Source: Gammaproteobacteria bacterium (GTDB taxonomy: Bacteria; Pseudomonadota; Gammaproteobacteria; UBA4575). Taken from it: 64,000 nucleotides of DNA. The stretch lies in assembly GCA_022824965.1 (NCBI GenBank), contig JAJDYY010000008.1:284-64283 (forward strand), in the 5' to 3' direction. The notes below the pieces were generated by a model. It did no database searches and was not told the DNA's origin. It saw only the letters and a list, made by a program, of their open reading frames with translations. Made by a program: the position numbers and the translations under genes. Positions 1-8,275 of the stretch are shown one piece after another (the stretch's first letter is position 1; every line of letters starts with the position of its first letter).

Positions 1-180
1 ATGTTATCAGGAGTAAAAATCGCGCGGACCGGTCAGGCTGTCTGCCGGCCTATCCCAACGCGAGTGGATTCGCCCCATTTTACTTCTATGGATTCAGGGG
101 GTTATCATTGGATCGTATGAGGTGCCGGCAGGCTGCGATGGAAGCCCTGCTGGAAAAGCAATTCTGCTTTACAAATTAAA

Positions 181-204
181 TCCCGATAGTTATAGCTATC
201 GGGA
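181..204. other. Stem-loop (9 bp stem tcccgatag/ctatcggga, 6 nt loop) in low-GC non-coding region
   Basis: Inverted repeat read directly: positions 181-189 pair with 196-204. Read on the minus strand it is followed by a T-rich stretch (atttaatttgtaaa). Confidence 0.35.
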
Positions 205-605
205 GTAAAACCTTCTCTCCAGCAAGCCCCGAACAGGCTTAGAACTGCCTGTTTTGCCTACTGTTATGACTGCAAACCGCGAAGAATGTTCCCGCAGATG
301 GCAGACCTTATTCCCACACAGCGCAGAGCCGTGGGCATGAGCCAGTCTCTTGATACGTTTGCGCTTAAATTACAAGCTATCCTCACACAAGGTATCACCC
401 TGAAGAATCCCTCAACTGATGGAGGGCATGTGCATGAGGACGCGTTGCATCACCCCTGTCTCGTTGTCCAGAACGACGTTGAACATGAATTCACTGGAGC
501 CGCAAGGACCTGTTGGGAAACAAACTGGGAAAGATCACGACGCACTACTCGGAGGGCGACCGAAGACCACATATGGGGAAACCGTTTGGTTCAAAAAAGA
601 ATCGG

Positions 606-682
606 TGGCGCGCCCGGAGAGATTCGAACTCCCGACCACCTGGTTCGAAGCCAGGTACTCTATCCAGCTGAGCTACGGGCGC
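606..682 (-). tRNA. tRNA-Arg, anticodon TCG (77 nt)
   Basis: Reverse complement reads GCGCCCGTAGCTCAGCTGGATAGAGTACCTGGCTTCGAACCAGGTGGTCGGGAGTTCGAATCTCTCCGGGCGCGCCA. Canonical cloverleaf; anticodon loop CTTCGAA gives anticodon TCG; 3' CCA encoded. Confidence 0.85.
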
Positions 683-736
683 ATGATCAATCGATTGGGG
701 ATTGAACGAGGATTCGAATTAGAACACTATTCACCG

Positions 737-1213
737 ATGGTTGCCACGCATGAACACTACCCAATGCTGCTGGCCTTCCTGCAGCTATTCTACCCTGCCC
801 TGTATGAACGGCTCGGCCCTTACTCGGAGAAGGCCGATATCGTCGGGGCCAACCTCATCAGCTCCAACAACACCAGTGCCTATCAGGCGGTCGTGTTCAG
901 TGAAGGCGTCATGAAGGACGGTGAGTCCTTTGAAATCTACGCGGGAAACGCTGCACTGACCATATACTCCTGGGACTGGCGCTGGGTGTTTGCCGTCAAG
1001 ATCCTGTTCCGCGGGGATACCATCTTTCCATTGAGATTCCAGCAAAAGGTCATTGCCCTGCCTACGGGAAAACGCCCGCTCACCGAGATCTTTTTCAAGA
1101 TCATCCAGCGCGAGTTCGAGGTGGTGCTTGAGAACATCCTGAAAACCTCCGTAGATGAACACACCTCCCTGCGGGAAAGCTATTCCCGGTACCTGGTGTC
1201 CGTGCACCTCTAG
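737..1213 (+). CDS. Hypothetical protein (~158 aa)
   Basis: ORF with strong GC3 bias (about 75% G/C at third positions) in the + frame. The opposite-strand ORF 785..1384 has a Gly/Arg/His-rich composition typical of antisense ORFs. Start uncertain (ATG 737, or ATG 683 abutting the tRNA). No recognisable family. Confidence 0.5.
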   Translation: MVATHEHYPMLLAFLQLFYPALYERLGPYSEKADIVGANLISSNNTSAYQAVVFSEGVMKDGESFEIYAGNAALTIYSWDWRWVFAVKILFRGDTIFPLRFQQKVIALPTGKRPLTEIFFKIIQREFEVVLENILKTSVDEHTSLRESYSRYLVSVHL

Positions 1214-1797
1214 GCTGCGGGCCGCAATTTCCTCTTCAGGTAGAACGTTAGCCTGAATCCGAGAAGAACGGCCAAGATGGCCGCATAGATGGCAGGCTCT
1301 CTGGTGTCGATCTTGACCATCCACCAGAAATGCAAGACCCCCAGCATGGCCACCACGTAGACCAGGCGATGCAGTTGTATCCATCGGTGCTGCAACACCT
1401 CGACCATCCTGTCGGTCGAAGTCGCTGCCAGCGGCAGCAGCAGGACAAAGGCGGTGAACCCCACGGTGATGAAGGGCCGGTCGATGACGTCCTCGATGAT
1501 CTCGGCGAGGTCAAAAAACTTGTCCAGGGTGACATACAGCGACAGGTGTACGCACACGTAAAAGAAGGTGAACAGGCCCAGCATCCTTCTGTAGCGTGCA
1601 AGCGCGTGCCAGCCCGTCAGTTTTCTGAGCGGCGAGATCGCAAGAGTGATCAGCAAAAACCGCAGTGCCCAGTCACCGGCCCTTCGGGTGACGGCCTCGA
1701 TGGGGTTCGCCCCCAGTGAATCCGTAAAAAACCAGTAGCCGTAGCACACCAGCGGCACCAGGCAAGCGGCAAACACCAGGGGCTTGCCAAGGCGCAT
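1210..1797 (-). CDS. msrQ: Protein-methionine-sulfoxide reductase heme-binding subunit MsrQ (YedZ)
   Basis: Six-TM ferric-reductase-like protein with conserved His. Lies immediately downstream of msrP. Start chosen at MRLGKPLVF (ATG 1797), just after the msrP stop at 1811. Confidence 0.85.
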   Translation of the reverse strand: MRLGKPLVFAACLVPLVCYGYWFFTDSLGANPIEAVTRRAGDWALRFLLITLAISPLRKLTGWHALARYRRMLGLFTFFYVCVHLSLYVTLDKFFDLAEIIEDVIDRPFITVGFTAFVLLLPLAATSTDRMVEVLQHRWIQLHRLVYVVAMLGVLHFWWMVKIDTREPAIYAAILAVLLGFRLTFYLKRKLRPAA

Positions 1798-1810
1798 GAG
1801 AAGGTCCTGC

Positions 1811-2776
1811 TCAGAAATGCTTTTTGAGGTCCATGCCTGCATACAGACCGGCCACCTGCTCCGCATAGCCGTTGAACGGTAGGGTCTTTCTTTTCAGGAT
1901 CTCCCCGATCCTGCGCTCCCTTTTCTGGCTCCAGCGCGGGTGGTTCACCGCAGGATTGACGTTCGAGTAGAAACCGTACTCCCGTGGAGCCGACTGATTC
2001 CAGCTGGTCGCAGGCTCCGATTGTGTGAAGCGTATGCGAACGATCGACTTGATGCTCTTGAAACCGTATTTCCAAGGCACGACCAGGCGCAGCGGCGCAC
2101 CGTTTTGATTCGGCAACTCTTTGCCGTACAGCCCCACGGCCAATATGGTCAGGGGATGCATGGCCTCATCCATTCTCAGGCCTTCACGGTACGGCCAGTC
2201 CAGGACCGAGCGCCTCTGGCCCGGCAGGTTCTTCGGATCGTACAGGGTGAAGAACTGCACGTACTTGGCCTTGGACGTGGGCTCGAAACGTTTCAGCACC
2301 GGTCCCAGTTCAACGCCGACCCACGGGATGACCATCGACCAGGCCTCCACACAGCGCAGGCGGTAGATCCGCTCTTCGAGCCTCGGGGCAGGAATGAAGT
2401 CTTCCAGGTCATAGTCGCCCGGCTTGTCGCATTCGCCTTCCACCCGGATGCTCCACGGTTCGGTAACGAGGCGGTCCGCATTACGCTTCGGGTCGCCTTT
2501 TTTCAGGCCGAGCTCATAGAAGTTGTTGTAGCTCGTGATGTCCTCGAACGAGTTGAGTTCCTCGGCCGTCGAAAATACGCTTTTTTCGACATCCCCGATG
2601 CTGATGGCAGCACCTGCAGGTTGTGGCCACAGGGAGGATGCCGGAAGCATGGAAGCCCCTGCCAGGGCGGCAGTGCCCTGCATGAACTTTCGTCGTGCGA
2701 TGTAAAGCGATTCATCGGTGACCTGGGATTCGCGAACATCGCAAGCCCGGGTGGTTTTCAGCAACATACTCGGCAA
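1811..2776 (-). CDS. msrP: Protein-methionine-sulfoxide reductase catalytic subunit MsrP (YedY), TAT-exported molybdoenzyme
   Basis: Near full-length similarity to E. coli MsrP ([21 protein letters not shown] motifs). Twin-arginine signal [14 protein letters not shown]. Confidence 0.92.
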   Translation of the reverse strand: MPSMLLKTTRACDVRESQVTDESLYIARRKFMQGTAALAGASMLPASSLWPQPAGAAISIGDVEKSVFSTAEELNSFEDITSYNNFYELGLKKGDPKRNADRLVTEPWSIRVEGECDKPGDYDLEDFIPAPRLEERIYRLRCVEAWSMVIPWVGVELGPVLKRFEPTSKAKYVQFFTLYDPKNLPGQRRSVLDWPYREGLRMDEAMHPLTILAVGLYGKELPNQNGAPLRLVVPWKYGFKSIKSIVRIRFTQSEPATSWNQSAPREYGFYSNVNPAVNHPRWSQKRERRIGEILKRKTLPFNGYAEQVAGLYAGMDLKKHF

Positions 2777-2991
2777 ATCCTTTCAGAGTTTCCGGTCAAC
2801 GGGGTACGAGGGATATCATTCACGCAATCCTTGCTTCTACAGCGGATGCAAGTCGATTGCAAGCCAGCCGGTTTTGCAGTGCAAATACCTGTGCACCGGA
2901 TCCCGGGTACTCCATGCTCTATCAGACAGCGGTGCGGCTACCGGAGTTCAGTCCAAATAATGCTATGATTGGACATGCACAACTATTCGGG

Positions 2992-3312
2992 ATGGTGATG
3001 CAACAACAAAGATCGCCGTTAATCGCTTTTTTACTGGCCGTCTTGCTTGGACCACTGGGGTTCACCTACACGAACCTGATCGGTGGACTGCTTGCGATCA
3101 TCCTTGCCGTGGCCACCCTCTGGACCATCTTTGTTCCGATCGTCATCTGGATACTCTGTGCCCTGTTTGCACCGCTGATCGTGATGTCCTATAACAAGTC
3201 CGTGCGCACCCAGAAAAAGTACGTAGACAGCAAGCACGAGGAAATCATCAAGGCGATCCGCTCGGTGAATCTCCAGGCCGAAAACGAGGCCGACAAAAGC
3301 AAGCCTCTCTGA
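2992..3312 (+). CDS. Small inner-membrane protein, two predicted TM helices and a charged C-terminus
   Basis: ORF 2857..3312. Hydrophobic segments LIAFLLAVLLGPLGF and LLAIILAVATLWTIFVPIVIWILCALFAPLIV. Start ambiguous between ATG 2965, 2992 and 2998. Confidence 0.5.
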   Translation: MVMQQQRSPLIAFLLAVLLGPLGFTYTNLIGGLLAIILAVATLWTIFVPIVIWILCALFAPLIVMSYNKSVRTQKKYVDSKHEEIIKAIRSVNLQAENEADKSKPL

Positions 3313-3438
3313 GTCCCCTTCCTCCTGGCAAGACGTTGCTCCCGGACTGTCCCGTCCAGGATGACGGCGATGTGCTTACATCGTCAAGGGGATACCGGAT
3401 ATCGCCAGTGGCCTGGCTCCCAGGCACACCCAACGCAT

Positions 3439-3927
3439 TCAGTGTCCGTTCAGTTCGCCAGCGGAAATGCCTACCTGCACGATTCGCGCCTGGTCCACAC
3501 CTGCCACCCCGACATACTTGAACGGTGCGCCATCGAGTTCACGTTTTTCCAGGGCCTGGATAACCACGGATTCGCCGCCATGCAAAAGTGCGGCAAAGGG
3601 AGCCGCCTGCGTTCCACTGTTCGGATCGGTCGGAAAACTGAAGGATGTTCCGGGGATATTGGTGAATGCAATCTGGCCGTGCTCGTCACTGATCCAGAAT
3701 TCAGTAATCACCGAATGCTGTGCCACATCGGCCAGTACGGAATTGATGGCCTCCGCACTCATTCCTGCCTTGATGGCAGCATCGATGAAGTGGGCTGTCA
3801 GCTTGGCCTCTGCCACCATGTGCTTTGAGGCAGCGTCCTCTGCTGTCCCGGTGCTCTCGGCCATGAGTCCTCCATGCAGCATGAAGAGTATGCAAATACT
3901 CGAAATCGCCAGTATCTTACGCATCAC
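3439..3927 (-). CDS. Secreted/periplasmic hypothetical protein (162 aa) with N-terminal signal peptide
   Basis: N-terminus MMRKILAISSICILFMLHGGLMA is a typical Sec signal. No recognisable catalytic motif. Confidence 0.55.
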   Translation of the reverse strand: MMRKILAISSICILFMLHGGLMAESTGTAEDAASKHMVAEAKLTAHFIDAAIKAGMSAEAINSVLADVAQHSVITEFWISDEHGQIAFTNIPGTSFSFPTDPNSGTQAAPFAALLHGGESVVIQALEKRELDGAPFKYVGVAGVDQARIVQVGISAGELNGH

Positions 3928-4148
3928 GTATCTCCCAGATTTGCTTTTAAATCACTCCCTGCAGACTTGTCCCTGACAGACCGTATGATTTCGTTTCCAA
4001 ACCCTTCGAGAGGTAACTCTGCAGGCTGGCACAACTCTAGCACAGTCGTGTTTGCTGGCAACCCAATGAACACCTGACATATCACAAATTCTCTACACGC
4101 TGTTACACTTTGATACCGTTGCCCACGCAGACACTATGGTATGATTCT

Positions 4149-4205
4149 CCATAGGTCTCTCGCGTGAGCGGGGATTAGGTCTGGATAGGTCTGGATTAGT
4201 TAGTC
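4149..4205 (+). promoter_or_regulatory. Four phased direct repeats of GGAT(T)AGGTCT (10-11 bp periodicity), 25-80 bp upstream of the Cys-rich peptide gene
   Basis: Read directly: ccATAGGTCTct (4149-4160), GGATTAGGTCT (4172-4182), GGATAGGTCT (4183-4192), GGATTAGttagTC (4193-4205). The 11-mer GATAGGTCTGG (4184-4194) recurs on the minus strand at 9816-9826. Confidence 0.5.
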
Positions 4206-4230
4206 GTCCACTTACAGGAGGAAACTGATT

Positions 4231-4563
4231 ATGACTAAAGCCACACCTTCCAAGTTCGCCCGGGTCCTTTGTCATGCGGCAATTGTGGGCATCCTGTCCA
4301 TGTTGCTGGCGAGTACGGGATTTGCGACCTCAACCGTAGACAGCTGTACGACCGCATACAACAATAACGCCCCCGCAAGACACACTTGCACGCTTTATGA
4401 CGTCTCGGTCACCGGTTCAGGGAATTGCTTCATTCGTGCGACCTGCAACGGTGGAAGTTCTGGTAGTCCCAATACCAGCACCTCCATCGCCGAGAGCAGT
4501 ATGTCCTCCCTGAGAAATTGTAATGGTCGCTTGTCTACTTCCAACCCGTGCCCCGTCAACTGA
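4231..4563 (+). CDS. Small secreted cysteine-rich protein (110 aa precursor; ~78 aa mature with 6 Cys, Ser/Thr/Asn/Gly-rich)
   Basis: Good RBS (caggaggaaactgattATG). N-terminal Sec signal MTKATPSKFARVLCHAAIVGILSMLLASTGFA. Mature part has Cys at 7, 21, 34, 40, 65, 76. GC3 is lower (about 60%) than neighbouring core genes. Convergent with the ABC permease gene, stop-to-stop 6 bp. Confidence 0.65.
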   Translation: MTKATPSKFARVLCHAAIVGILSMLLASTGFATSTVDSCTTAYNNNAPARHTCTLYDVSVTGSGNCFIRATCNGGSSGSPNTSTSIAESSMSSLRNCNGRLSTSNPCPVN

Positions 4564-4568
4564 CCGGG

Positions 4569-5744
4569 CTAGTCTGATCTCAGGGCAGTGACCGGGTCGA
4601 GTTGTGCTGCCCGAACAGCGGGATGAAGCCCGAAGAACACACCGACGCAGCAGGCTACGACAAAGCCCATCAGCGCAGCGGCCAGGTTGACCAGGAACGT
4701 CCAGCCTGTAAACCAGCAGAACAGCCAGGTGCTCACGATGCCGAGCAGGATGCCGAATACACCGCCGAGCAGTGACAAGACAATGGATTCGGTCAGAAAC
4801 TGGCTCTGAATATCGACACGGCGGGCTCCCAGGGCCCGCCGTATCCCGATCTCCTTGCGCCGCTCGTTCACGGAGACCAGCATGATGTTCATTACGCCGA
4901 CCCCGCCGACAATCAGCGATATGCTGCCCACCGCAGCCAGCAACAGAGCGAATGTTTGCATCTGGCGTTCCATCTGTTCAATCAACTTCTGGGCGCTGCC
5001 CACACTGACCTCCAGGTTCGGCATCTTGCGGCGAAAGTAGTTCTTCACTTCCGACGCCACCACCGTGTGATGCACATCCGGCCTCATGCGGGCGGCTACC
5101 ATCCGCACGCCCTGGCGATGAAACATGCGCTGCGCCGTGGTGAGAGGAACCAGAATGGATCGGTTGGCCTCAAAATCCAGTCCAGATCCCGCTACCGGAA
5201 TGTCACGCAGCACGCCCACGATGGTGAAAATGTATCGATTCAGCCTGAGTGATTCACCCACCAGTCGTTCTGCGCCGGCATTTTGCAAAGCCGAGGCGAT
5301 CTCGGCTCCAATCACACAGTAGTAGTGGCGAAAATCCAGGTCCGAGATGGCCCGGCCCTGCTCCATCTGCAGCTTGTTGACTCTGGAAAACGATCCGGTC
5401 ACCCCCAGCGTGCTGGCGTGAGTGATGTTCTTACCGCCATAGATGACCTCGTTGTCGCCTTCGACCCAGGGGGCGACCGCCACGATGGAGGTGATCTCCT
5501 TTGGCAATTCCAGCGCTTCGACCACGGGGATCCGCTCATTTAAACCGACGGGCTTGATGGCGAGATAGTCGGTACCGAGTTCCTTGAACTGTTCCCGGGC
5601 CTGATGCTTGGCGATCGTTCCTACCGAGACCATGGCGATGACCGAGCCGATGCCGATGATGATGCCTAGCAACGCCAGCAGGCTGCGCTGCTTGGTCACG
5701 TACAGGCTGACAACCGCCTCCTTCAGGTTGACTTTCAGGCTCAA
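4569..5744 (-). CDS. ABC transporter permease, MacB/FtsX-type (DevC/LolC-like), 391 aa
   Basis: N-terminal TM helix, large periplasmic domain and C-terminal FtsX-type TM bundle. Overlaps the upstream ATPase gene by 4 nt. Confidence 0.85.
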   Translation of the reverse strand: MSLKVNLKEAVVSLYVTKQRSLLALLGIIIGIGSVIAMVSVGTIAKHQAREQFKELGTDYLAIKPVGLNERIPVVEALELPKEITSIVAVAPWVEGDNEVIYGGKNITHASTLGVTGSFSRVNKLQMEQGRAISDLDFRHYYCVIGAEIASALQNAGAERLVGESLRLNRYIFTIVGVLRDIPVAGSGLDFEANRSILVPLTTAQRMFHRQGVRMVAARMRPDVHHTVVASEVKNYFRRKMPNLEVSVGSAQKLIEQMERQMQTFALLLAAVGSISLIVGGVGVMNIMLVSVNERRKEIGIRRALGARRVDIQSQFLTESIVLSLLGGVFGILLGIVSTWLFCWFTGWTFLVNLAAALMGFVVACCVGVFFGLHPAVRAAQLDPVTALRSD

Positions 5745-6418
5745 CTTGCCCCCTCCTCATGCAGCAGACCGTTCTCGATACGGGTGCGCCGCCCGCACCG
5801 TTGAGCGATCTTTGCATCGTGGGTGATGACGATGAAGGTCGTCCCCTGATCCTGGTTCAGGCGCACGAACAGGTCCATGATGCCGTTGCCGGTATCCTGG
5901 TCAAGGGCACCGGTCGGCTCGTCCGCCAGCACGATGACCGGTCTTCCGACCAGCGCGCGGGCAATCGCAACCCGCTGTTGCTGTCCGCCGCTCATTTCGC
6001 CCGGCTTGTGGTCGAGATGACTCCCCATGCCCACCCGGTCCAGCGCTGCACCGGCCTGGTCTTTGATCTGCGCGTCTTCCATACCGCGGTACACCAGGGG
6101 AATACCCACGTTCTCCAAAGCTGTCAGGCGGGGCAGCAGGTGGAAGGACTGGAACACGAAGCCGATGCTGGCATTACGAATGGCTGAACGCCGGTCGTCC
6201 GACAGGGTCGAGATTTCGCGCTCCTCCAGTACGTACGAGCCGCTGCTGGGTGTATCGAGAAGGCCGATGATGTTCATCAGCGTGGATTTGCCGGACCCCG
6301 ATGCGCCCATGATCGAGACCAGGTCACCCTGATTCACTTCCAAGTCGACGCCGCGCAAGATCTGCACGGGCGTCGGGCCGACAACATAGGTTTTGTTTAT
6401 GTCCGTCAATCGAAGCAT
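5741..6418 (-). CDS. ABC transporter ATP-binding protein (MacB/LolD/DevA-type ATPase)
   Basis: Walker A GASGSGKST, signature LSGGQQQRVAIARAL, Walker B VLADEPTGALD, H-loop ITHD. Confidence 0.93.
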   Translation of the reverse strand: MLRLTDINKTYVVGPTPVQILRGVDLEVNQGDLVSIMGASGSGKSTLMNIIGLLDTPSSGSYVLEEREISTLSDDRRSAIRNASIGFVFQSFHLLPRLTALENVGIPLVYRGMEDAQIKDQAGAALDRVGMGSHLDHKPGEMSGGQQQRVAIARALVGRPVIVLADEPTGALDQDTGNGIMDLFVRLNQDQGTTFIVITHDAKIAQRCGRRTRIENGLLHEEGAS

Positions 6419-6448
6419 CTCATTCGCGGCCGTAGTTCACCTTCGTCA

Positions 6449-8275
6449 TCAGGTGCCGGGGACCATCACTTCGTCGCCGGCGCCGATACCGCGCACGATC
6501 TCCGCCTCATTCAATGTCGTCGCACCCACCTCCACCGGTACTTGCTGCATATCGCCCTGTTGTGTGCGAACGTGTAACCAGTATTGCCCGGGTTCGCCGT
6601 GCACCGCGGCTAGCGGCACGAGCAGAGCCGCGGGCTCATCCCGCACCACCACATCCACCTGGACGGACATGCCCAATCGCAGCCGTTGACGCTGTGCATC
6701 CGTGAGCCGGTCGAGCTCCGCTGTCACGTGGAACATGGGTACGCTGTCGGTATCAGCACGTTGCGACTGCGACGAGACCCACGTGATTTTTCCGTGCAGC
6801 TCGAGATCGGGAAAGGCATCGCCTCGTGCGGTGACCGGCTGTCCCGGTTGCAGCTTCACAATATCCACCTCGTCGACCAGACCGGCTACCGACAGACCGT
6901 CGATATCCCCGACGCTCAGCAGGTAATCCCCTTCGCTCACCGATTGCCCCGTTGCCAGCAGCTCGGCACTGCTTCCTTCCTGGTCGTCATTTCCGTTGCC
7001 GATTTCGGGTTGCAGAACGATCCCGAATACCGGCGCATGAACCACGGAGTCTGCCAGCGTCTTCTTCAGTTCCTGAATGCGCGAGGTTGCATTTTCCAGC
7101 TTGAGCCGGGCGACCTGCATCGTGTCCGTACCGGCCTTGGCCTGCACCGACTCCAGGTCCTGCAACGCCGCCTCGTAGTTCAGCCGTTGAGCTCCGTACT
7201 GACGTTTGGCGGCATCATGTTCCTGAGCGGAAATTATCCCCTGCTCAAGCAGCAGGGAGGTTTCTGACAGTTTGTCCTTGCGCACGTCTAGCTCCAGCTT
7301 GGCGCTTGCCACCGCACGCCGGACGCGACTCACCTCCAGGCTGTTTTCCCAGTCCTCGAGTTCCCTGACCCGCTCGCGTGCCTCAAGGAACTTGGCCTGC
7401 GCCTCCCGGTACTCGCGTTCGACTCCGGCAGTGTCCAGTTCAACCAGCGCCTGACCCGCCGCGACCTGCCCGCCGTACTCGAAAAGCCGCCGGGCCACCT
7501 TGCCGGTGGTCGGGCTGGTGATCCGTACTTCCTGGCGCGGTGCGAGCCTTCCGATAAAGGAAAGCGTTACGGTAAGCTTGCGGGGCGCGACGGTCAGGGT
7601 GGTCACCGTTTCTGCCATGCCCGAGTGCGTACCGGGCGTTACCGCAATTTCTTCTGTGAGTGCGGATCCCGTCTCATTCCAGACATACCCGGCAGCGCCC
7701 AGAAAAAGGAGGATGACGAAGGTACTGGCAACCAGCCGTACCGTCTGCACCTTCTTCAGGGCCGAATCCAGGGCCTCGTTCTTCTCCTCGATCTCGCGAT
7801 AGGCCTCGCGCAGCCTGGCATTCTGCTCTTTGGTCGACTCCACCAGCTGCTGTTCCGCCTTGCGCAGTGCCGCCACTTCAGTGATGTCGCGGAACACGGC
7901 GACGATGCCGATTTTCCGGGGCTCCCCGTCCTTGTAGTCGGCCAGGTACGATGTCGTCACGGCGAGAGACCGTTCCGTGCCGTCTTCAAGCTGCACCCCA
8001 ATCGTCGACTGGGAGCCGACAGCATCATCGTAGACGGCCGCCAGTACGGTGTCGTTGAAGTCTTCCAGACCCTTGATATTCAGAAAAACCTCGGCAAACA
8101 ACTTGCCCCGGATTTCAGCACGGGCCAGCCCCAGCAGCTTCGCGGCCGCAGGATTGAAGATGCCGATACGGGCGTCGGAGTCGACGGTCATGACTCCTTC
8201 ACTCATGCTGTCGAGCACGTTAAGGCGGAGCAGGGAATCCCGGTCCACGGAAGGAGAAGGAGAGGCACCGGTCAT
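6449..8275 (-). CDS. HlyD-family membrane fusion protein (periplasmic adaptor) with an N-terminal cytoplasmic PAS domain, 608 aa
   Basis: Residues ~15-135 have PAS hallmarks (GVMTVDSDARIGIFNPAAAKLLGLARAEIRGK ... IVAVFRDITEVAALRKAEQQL). These are followed by a coiled-coil, one TM helix (LVASTFVILLFLGAAGYVW), then a long HlyD-type domain with barrel-sandwich and beta-barrel regions. The stop overlaps the TolC-like gene start region by 4 nt. Confidence 0.8.
   Translation of the reverse strand: MTGASPSPSVDRDSLLRLNVLDSMSEGVMTVDSDARIGIFNPAAAKLLGLARAEIRGKLFAEVFLNIKGLEDFNDTVLAAVYDDAVGSQSTIGVQLEDGTERSLAVTTSYLADYKDGEPRKIGIVAVFRDITEVAALRKAEQQLVESTKEQNARLREAYREIEEKNEALDSALKKVQTVRLVASTFVILLFLGAAGYVWNETGSALTEEIAVTPGTHSGMAETVTTLTVAPRKLTVTLSFIGRLAPRQEVRITSPTTGKVARRLFEYGGQVAAGQALVELDTAGVEREYREAQAKFLEARERVRELEDWENSLEVSRVRRAVASAKLELDVRKDKLSETSLLLEQGIISAQEHDAAKRQYGAQRLNYEAALQDLESVQAKAGTDTMQVARLKLENATSRIQELKKTLADSVVHAPVFGIVLQPEIGNGNDDQEGSSAELLATGQSVSEGDYLLSVGDIDGLSVAGLVDEVDIVKLQPGQPVTARGDAFPDLELHGKITWVSSQSQRADTDSVPMFHVTAELDRLTDAQRQRLRLGMSVQVDVVVRDEPAALLVPLAAVHGEPGQYWLHVRTQQGDMQQVPVEVGATTLNEAEIVRGIGAGDEVMVPGT

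Noticed and set aside
286-1213. ORFs 286..705 and 419..1213 (+)
   Set aside because: Both read straight through the tRNA-Arg gene at 606-682, and the upstream part has unbiased third positions. Only the segment downstream of the tRNA (737..1213) looks coding.
785-1384. 199 aa minus-strand ORF overlapping the 737..1213 plus-strand ORF
   Set aside because: The plus-strand frame shows strong GC3 bias while the minus-strand translation is Gly/His/Arg-rich. It would also run through the msrQ 3' end.
4027-4042. Sigma54-like element TGGCAC-N5-TAGCA upstream of the peptide gene
   Set aside because: GG-N10-GC spacing is correct but the -12 box deviates (TAGCA vs TTGCA). No upstream enhancer-like sites were recognised, and the direct repeats lie downstream of it. 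Kept only as a note within the repeat finding.
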